IMG/VR virus record: IMGVR_UViG_3300021399_000009
Span: 32,001-96,000 of that record
DNA length: 64,000 nucleotides
From: a virus
Lineage: Duplodnaviria > Caudoviricetes
Strand: one strand, 5' to 3'
A program made the position numbers and the translations under genes. The notes under the pieces were generated by a model, which saw nothing but the letters and a program-made list of their open reading frames with translations, searched no databases and was not told where the DNA came from. This document shows, one piece after another, positions 58,730 through 64,000 of this stretch. The first letter of the stretch is position 1. Each line of letters opens with the position of its first letter.

Positions 58730-60154
58730 TTAAAAACTTATCTTATCGCCCATTACTGGCGTGTGAACCTTTGCACTCCTATCTGCCTTACTTAAATTGT
58801 CACGAAGCATTTTTGCAAATTCCTGTTTGCCATTGCCCTCAGAATGAACAAGGTAAATTTTGTTATACTGTGCATTGGTATATCTCTGTAATAATTCACT
58901 TCTGCAAGCATGACTTGAAAATGATGTAAGCTGCATTATATTAGCTCTGCTTCTCACACGCTCACCATCTATTGTCACCCATTTTTTACTATGCTGAATT
59001 TGGTAGGCAACGCTATCTTCATCACCAGCGTAACCGCACAGCATCACACGAGCGTTCTCATTTGGCAATATAGATTTAAGCCAAGAAACTACTCGTCCGT
59101 TCTTTAAAAAATTTGATGTACTAATAATTACCTGAGAAGTTTTTAGCTTTTGCCACTCCTGAGATTCTTCGTAAGTATTAACCCACACGATGTTCTTCCA
59201 TGCCGACACTTTCTTCCACAGGTCATAATCTTTCTCTATAATCCCATCCCATAAGGCAGATATTTTCATACCAAGTGGTGCGTCAATTATTATGGGCGTT
59301 GCAAACGTTTCATCATCGCCATATATCTTATACAGTGTTGTTAGAATATCCTGTAATCTATTGAGTGAGAACGAGCCAAATAAAACCTTTTGAGTGTCGT
59401 GTTGACAGCACTGGTCGACCACACACTTTATTTTTTCAAGGTCTTTGTCTCTGTCTTTCTGCTTATGTGTCTTGTGACTACCACCATAAGTACACTCAGC
59501 CAGTAATACATCACAGTAGGGGAGTCGTTCATACGGTAAGAGATAATCCTTTTTAATATCCGAACCTATATCGCCTGTAAACCCAAGTGTTTTAATTGTC
59601 TCTCCCAACCTAAATGTTAAATGCACTTGTGCTGCATTTATTATATGGCTTGCGTGGTAATACTTTATAGCAAGGTCATCAAATAAAAAAGTGGTCTTGC
59701 CAAATGGTAATTCAACTAAATGTTCAAGAGCAATTTCAATATCTTTCTGTGTGTATAATGGAGCTGTGTTGATTCCATATCGCCTTTCAAGTTTTATACA
59801 ATCGCTCTCAAATATTTTAAGGCTATCTTCCCACATAACACGAGCAAGTGGTTTATTGCCTTTAGGAACATAAACACTACCACGATAACCACGAGCAAAC
59901 AAGTAGGGGATAAGCCCACAATGGTCTGTATGAAAATGACTGATAACCACAGCATTAAGATTAGAAAAAGGAACTTTGTAATTTCTATGATTGACCTTGT
60001 ACTGTTTGAGAATATCATCTCCACTTGTTTGATACAAGCCAGCATCTAATAAGATTTGTTTGTCGTTAAAAGTAATATAATACATTGAACCAGTTACACC
60101 ATCTGCTGATTTGCCAACCATTTCAATTTTTACTTTATCGTTTTTCTTTGTCAT
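58730..60154 (-). CDS. Metallo-beta-lactamase / beta-CASP nuclease
   Basis: VTGS, LDAGL, SHFHTDH, ASHI, FTGDIG, ECTYG, FSSHA, LVH. Confidence 0.9.
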   Translation of the reverse strand: MTKKNDKVKIEMVGKSADGVTGSMYYITFNDKQILLDAGLYQTSGDDILKQYKVNHRNYKVPFSNLNAVVISHFHTDHCGLIPYLFARGYRGSVYVPKGNKPLARVMWEDSLKIFESDCIKLERRYGINTAPLYTQKDIEIALEHLVELPFGKTTFLFDDLAIKYYHASHIINAAQVHLTFRLGETIKTLGFTGDIGSDIKKDYLLPYERLPYCDVLLAECTYGGSHKTHKQKDRDKDLEKIKCVVDQCCQHDTQKVLFGSFSLNRLQDILTTLYKIYGDDETFATPIIIDAPLGMKISALWDGIIEKDYDLWKKVSAWKNIVWVNTYEESQEWQKLKTSQVIISTSNFLKNGRVVSWLKSILPNENARVMLCGYAGDEDSVAYQIQHSKKWVTIDGERVRSRANIMQLTSFSSHACRSELLQRYTNAQYNKIYLVHSEGNGKQEFAKMLRDNLSKADRSAKVHTPVMGDKISF

Positions 60155-60894
60155 ACTTGTTCCTCACAGCCACAATTACATTCACCATCACTAATAAATG
60201 AAAAAATAGTTTCAAGGTCAATATCCTTGCCTATAATACTATCAACCATGTTCATTTCAACAAGGTCATCTGCAAAGAACCAAGTGTCATGTGGCATTAT
60301 CTCCGTAAGTTCCTTTACTGTAAACTTTGTTCTGGATGCAATTGCTTTATTATATCTCTCAGTAAGGCGAGGCGAGAATTTAGCCCAATCCTGTGCCTTA
60401 GTTGCAGTTGTCCACGGACAAAACTCATATCCATCATGAACCATAAATACAGCATCAGGAACAGACATTCTTTTATGACAAACTGCATAAATTCCAAACG
60501 CCATTGAAGCACAAAGCCCAAGACATACACCAGTAACGGGAGTAGTAGAGTTCTGAATAGTATTGACAAGTGCCATTCCAATCATCGTATTGCCACCGCA
60601 ACAATTAACAATAAGAGTTATAGGTTTCCTTTTGTTAGTTGGTTTTCCGTAATCTTCTCCATTTATCTTGCATATTTGCATAATAATTGTACGAAGAATA
60701 TCATCATTAACCTCGCCATCAAGATAAAGAACTCTATCGTGCATATCTTCAATTTGAAGCCGTTCTGCAAGACCTATACTCATAACGGTTTGCATATCAT
60801 ATCCAGTATTCGGCTCACCATTGGCTGCTTCGAGTTCGTTACTTGTTTCTTCTATTTTTGTTTCTGGCTTCTTCTTTGCCATAGCCATTTCCAC
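60151..60894 (-). CDS. ClpP-like protease subunit
   Basis: RVLYLDGEV, PITLIVN..GG, CASMA (catalytic Ser), FMVH, DTW. Confidence 0.85.
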   Translation of the reverse strand: MEMAMAKKKPETKIEETSNELEAANGEPNTGYDMQTVMSIGLAERLQIEDMHDRVLYLDGEVNDDILRTIIMQICKINGEDYGKPTNKRKPITLIVNCCGGNTMIGMALVNTIQNSTTPVTGVCLGLCASMAFGIYAVCHKRMSVPDAVFMVHDGYEFCPWTTATKAQDWAKFSPRLTERYNKAIASRTKFTVKELTEIMPHDTWFFADDLVEMNMVDSIIGKDIDLETIFSFISDGECNCGCEEQV

Positions 60895-60943
60895 CTTTAT
60901 AATTTGATACGGTTATCCAACCGCCCTTTGAAAACAAAGGATA

Positions 60944-61147
60944 TTAACCAATTGTGCCGTAAGTTTCTTTTACAACTAAATTAGAATTAAACTCATTTAT
61001 AAGTTCAATTATACTGGTATCTTCACAGGCGTAATAATTATGTCTTTTTGATTTCTGAGACATTGTTCGAGCAACAGGAAGTTCTACTCTGTTATCATTA
61101 AGTTTTTTTCTTATGTACTCAGCCTGTGCTTTGGTAACTTTAATCAT
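60944..61147 (-). CDS. Small hypothetical protein, first gene after the intergenic region
   Basis: MIKVTKAQAEYIRK...KRHNYY..E. Confidence 0.6.
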   Translation of the reverse strand: MIKVTKAQAEYIRKKLNDNRVELPVARTMSQKSKRHNYYACEDTSIIELINEFNSNLVVKETYGTIG

Positions 61148-61186
61148 TTTTTTATTCACTACTTTCAAAATTATTTACCACATCTA

Positions 61187-61215
61187 TTGACTTTACAACT
61201 ACTATGTGATATGAT
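61187..61215 (+). promoter_or_regulatory. sigA-type promoter antisense to the late arm
   Basis: TTGACT, 17 bp, TG-A-TATGAT. Confidence 0.65.
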
Positions 61216-61446
61216 ATAAAGGGGGGAGTGTATCTCTTTTTTGTATTCTGTAAAAAAGAGAACAAGAGGGGATTAACCCCTCTCGCCAGAGATAAAACTA
61301 TATCTCTGATTATACCCGTAACAGATTTTATTCTCTCTGTCATAGGTAGGTTTTTCTTTTTGAAAACAAATAACGTATTATAGCCAAATTCTTAATGTTG
61401 CAATGTAAAAATCGTATAACGTTTTCAAAAAATTCCTGTCCACAAC

Positions 61447-63999
61447 TTACTTTCTATATTCTGATTGTTTTAAAGTCTTGAATTGTCTACGATATTTCTT
61501 ATAACAACAATCGCAAAGTTCACGCTTGGATTTTGAACCAACACTAAATTCAGCTCCACAGTTTACACATATTCTTGTAGGTGTATATTTCACAGGAATG
61601 TATTTCTCTCTCATATCATTTCTATTGGTAATAAGAGTATATCTTTCCTGACATTCCTTACATCTGCAAGTATTAGTTCCTTTACGAACTATTATTTCTT
61701 CACCACAATCAATGCAATAGCTTATATCTATTTCACTATCAAAATCTTTCATTAAGTGCTGATACATTGTATTGCCAAACATCTCCCAGAACATTTTCTT
61801 TTTACCAGTTGGATTTCGATTAAATATTTCTTCAACAATGTTATCGACTATATCATGCCAATTGGTTATGCCTATCTCTTTACAACGAGAATAGATTTTA
61901 TTCCTTGCACCATTAATCACGAATCGGTAATCTTTTACAACTTCGTCCTGTTTCTTGTCAAAACGTGAAGAATTGATAACGTCCTTGTAAATACCAACCA
62001 CCTTTGAATTGAATCTGCTATCAGTCATAGGACTGCTAAGAAATTTTGTATAATCAAACTGTGTTTCAAAGTCATATTTGCCGTATTGTATTCTTGGTAT
62101 CTTAATAACTTTAGCAATATTATTTGCAGGAGTGTCTGTTAATGTATCTGTCTTTTCTTCTTCATAGTTCTTTGCGTACTCAAAGAAACGTGGTACTTTA
62201 ACATTGAGATACTTGCTTATAATATAATTGATATTGTCTGGTCGAGTTGGCATATACATTGTCTTAAAATAGTCAATTTGAAAATTGTTCTCTCCTACAA
62301 GAAGTTTTATTACTTTTACCTGTTCATCAGTTAAACTCCAATCGTTGTTTCTTCCTATGTTCCAAATCTTAGTAATTGCATTGCTATAATAGCCTATGCT
62401 TTTACTATTGAAAGCCATTTCCATACATCTGAAAAGTGAATCGTTATTAACTGGTGTACTATCAGCTTTTTTCATTTCATAATACAAGGGACATATATTT
62501 AGTTTTTTAATGACTTTCTTTGCAGCTTTAATTATTATATCATTGTTACACACAAACAGATGGTCGCCATCCCAATCGAGTGCCATTATGCGTGACATAA
62601 AATCGTGAGAGTTCGTATAGATAGCATTGGTAGTAAACCACTCCTGTATATTATTTGTTTCTATGCAATGCTCACAATAAAGATGCGGACTACGCAAACA
62701 ATCAAGGTCGATGCCGTTATCAAATAACCTACAGCTTACTTCGCCAGCTTTTAATAAACCGTTGGGGTTTTCAATTCCCATAATCAGATGTTCACAGAAA
62801 GCATATAGGTCTGGAACAGCAAACGTATAGTTTCCTTCTACCAAAAACTTTGCTGAATATAAATCCCTTACCAGACTTTCTTTTTTTGATTTAAGCTGCT
62901 CTTTTATGTATTTGTCTTGCAACATCTCAGGATATTCATAAAGGCATTTTTGAAAAGGCGATTTGTTTTTATTGCTTTCTACTGCACCAAAGATTTCAAG
63001 TATATGTTCTTTGTCAACTTTTTTATTCTTGGTAGATACGCCAAGGTTTAATATTTCATCAAGATTTGGCTGAGACAGATTTAAGATTTCATCATCGGTT
63101 AAACAACGCAAGGTTTGAATCATTTGATAGTTTATGTTTCTCACGTTGTCAAATTCTTCATCTTCTTCATTACCGATACACGCTTCACAATTATATTTTT
63201 TAAAGCGTTCTTTGTAGTCATTCCAATCTTTGTAATACTTCCACATCTTAAATTGGGATTTTGTAAATATGACTTGTATATCTTCCTCGATGATATTATG
63301 TTTCACACCATAAATATCCTTGACCACAGGAGAACAATCATTGACCTCAATAAATTTTCTAAAGTCAAATACTCCCAACAGTCCTTTAAACCACGGCAGT
63401 CTGATAACAAAATCCTTTGAGCTAATACTCGGTAACATCATTCCGCATCCATCGTTCTGCTCCATTGGTAGTGTTCTAACTCCGTGTGTTATCTCATAAG
63501 TGTCGTAGTCTATATAATCTACCTCACCAGTTACCTCGTTCTGAAAATCATCTACGACAATAGACTTATCAATATCAAAACCTTTCCAAGTTTTAGACAT
63601 AGAGCTACACAAAGAAACATAAGCAAGATACTTAGCTGTATTACAACCACCGCAATCATTAATCTCCTTGATGCTTAATCCAGCCATAATCTTATTCCAA
63701 TGTTTCTCTTTTAAATCTTTGCGTATAGCTACAAATTTTTTGTCCTTGGTTTGTCCTGCTGATGCTGTAAAAAATTCATATTCATATCCATCGTACATAA
63801 ATCCATTCTTAATCAAAGATTCCATAATACCAGTATAATAAACACGAATAATACAAATCTCAGGATTAAACTTATTTTTATTAAGACCAAGAGTTCTTGT
63901 TAACGCACTATCGCTTATAGTGACCTTCTTGCCACTACTAATGCCATAACCATTTCTTTTTGCTATTTTTTCATATATCAATGTTCGCTTGGTATCTTT
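61447..63999 (-). CDS. YonO-like single-subunit RNA polymerase (5'-truncated at window edge)
   Basis: DGCG, IRLPWFKG, RSPHL, catalytic DWDGD, IDYFK; C-terminal zinc ribbons; frame open to the edge. Confidence 0.88.
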   Translation of the reverse strand, partial: KDTKRTLIYEKIAKRNGYGISSGKKVTISDSALTRTLGLNKNKFNPEICIIRVYYTGIMESLIKNGFMYDGYEYEFFTASAGQTKDKKFVAIRKDLKEKHWNKIMAGLSIKEINDCGGCNTAKYLAYVSLCSSMSKTWKGFDIDKSIVVDDFQNEVTGEVDYIDYDTYEITHGVRTLPMEQNDGCGMMLPSISSKDFVIRLPWFKGLLGVFDFRKFIEVNDCSPVVKDIYGVKHNIIEEDIQVIFTKSQFKMWKYYKDWNDYKERFKKYNCEACIGNEEDEEFDNVRNINYQMIQTLRCLTDDEILNLSQPNLDEILNLGVSTKNKKVDKEHILEIFGAVESNKNKSPFQKCLYEYPEMLQDKYIKEQLKSKKESLVRDLYSAKFLVEGNYTFAVPDLYAFCEHLIMGIENPNGLLKAGEVSCRLFDNGIDLDCLRSPHLYCEHCIETNNIQEWFTTNAIYTNSHDFMSRIMALDWDGDHLFVCNNDIIIKAAKKVIKKLNICPLYYEMKKADSTPVNNDSLFRCMEMAFNSKSIGYYSNAITKIWNIGRNNDWSLTDEQVKVIKLLVGENNFQIDYFKTMYMPTRPDNINYIISKYLNVKVPRFFEYAKNYEEEKTDTLTDTPANNIAKVIKIPRIQYGKYDFETQFDYTKFLSSPMTDSRFNSKVVGIYKDVINSSRFDKKQDEVVKDYRFVINGARNKIYSRCKEIGITNWHDIVDNIVEEIFNRNPTGKKKMFWEMFGNTMYQHLMKDFDSEIDISYCIDCGEEIIVRKGTNTCRCKECQERYTLITNRNDMREKYIPVKYTPTRICVNCGAEFSVGSKSKRELCDCCYKKYRRQFKTLKQSEYRK

Positions 64000-64000
64000 A

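Noticed and set aside
61152-61343. 63-aa minus-strand ORF
   Set aside because: No RBS, and it overlaps the promoter and hairpins; more likely non-coding regulatory DNA.
61447-63999. RNA-dependent RNA polymerase or RNAi-like system
   Set aside because: The DxDGD fold in this SPbeta-like context is better explained by a YonO-type DNA-dependent late RNAP.
1-64000. CRISPR array or stop-codon recoding
   Set aside because: No spaced direct-repeat array was seen. Genes are intact in code 11 with TAA, TGA and TAG all used as stops, and there is no suppressor tRNA.

Overview
An AT-rich 64-kb segment of a large temperate tailed phage of an anaerobic Firmicute (probably Clostridia), organised like Bacillus phage SPbeta. 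The + strand arm (1-20.9 kb) carries replication and nucleotide-metabolism genes. These include DnaE and RecD2 (each with an intein), many small accessory ORFs, an IscS-like cysteine desulfurase, a SleB-like hydrolase and an HPr-like protein. They also include ThyX, Gmk, glutaredoxins, class III RNR NrdD/NrdG, an FTR-like protein, a 5'-nucleotidase and dUTPase. The arm converges on a large serine integrase. The - strand arm (20.9-64 kb) runs, in transcription order: YonO-like single-subunit RNA polymerase, ClpP-like protein, beta-CASP nuclease, phosphoesterase, three tRNAs with structured spacers, terminase, portal, head, tail, a 2057-aa tape measure, tail fibres and lysis genes. Main observations: (1) a 56-bp attP-like inverted repeat inside the 3' end of the integrase ORF, facing an unannotated 32-aa candidate RDF; (2) two sigA promoters that share an operator-hairpin-operator-RBS architecture, with the same 13-bp motif recurring near the late region; (3) a stand-alone early protein resembling a segment of the phage's own tape measure; (4) a sigA-driven three-hairpin antisense RNA and an anti-Shine-Dalgarno element; (5) a self-contained redoxin/ferredoxin-type class III RNR module. 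All functional calls come from motif recognition by eye; no database searches were run.
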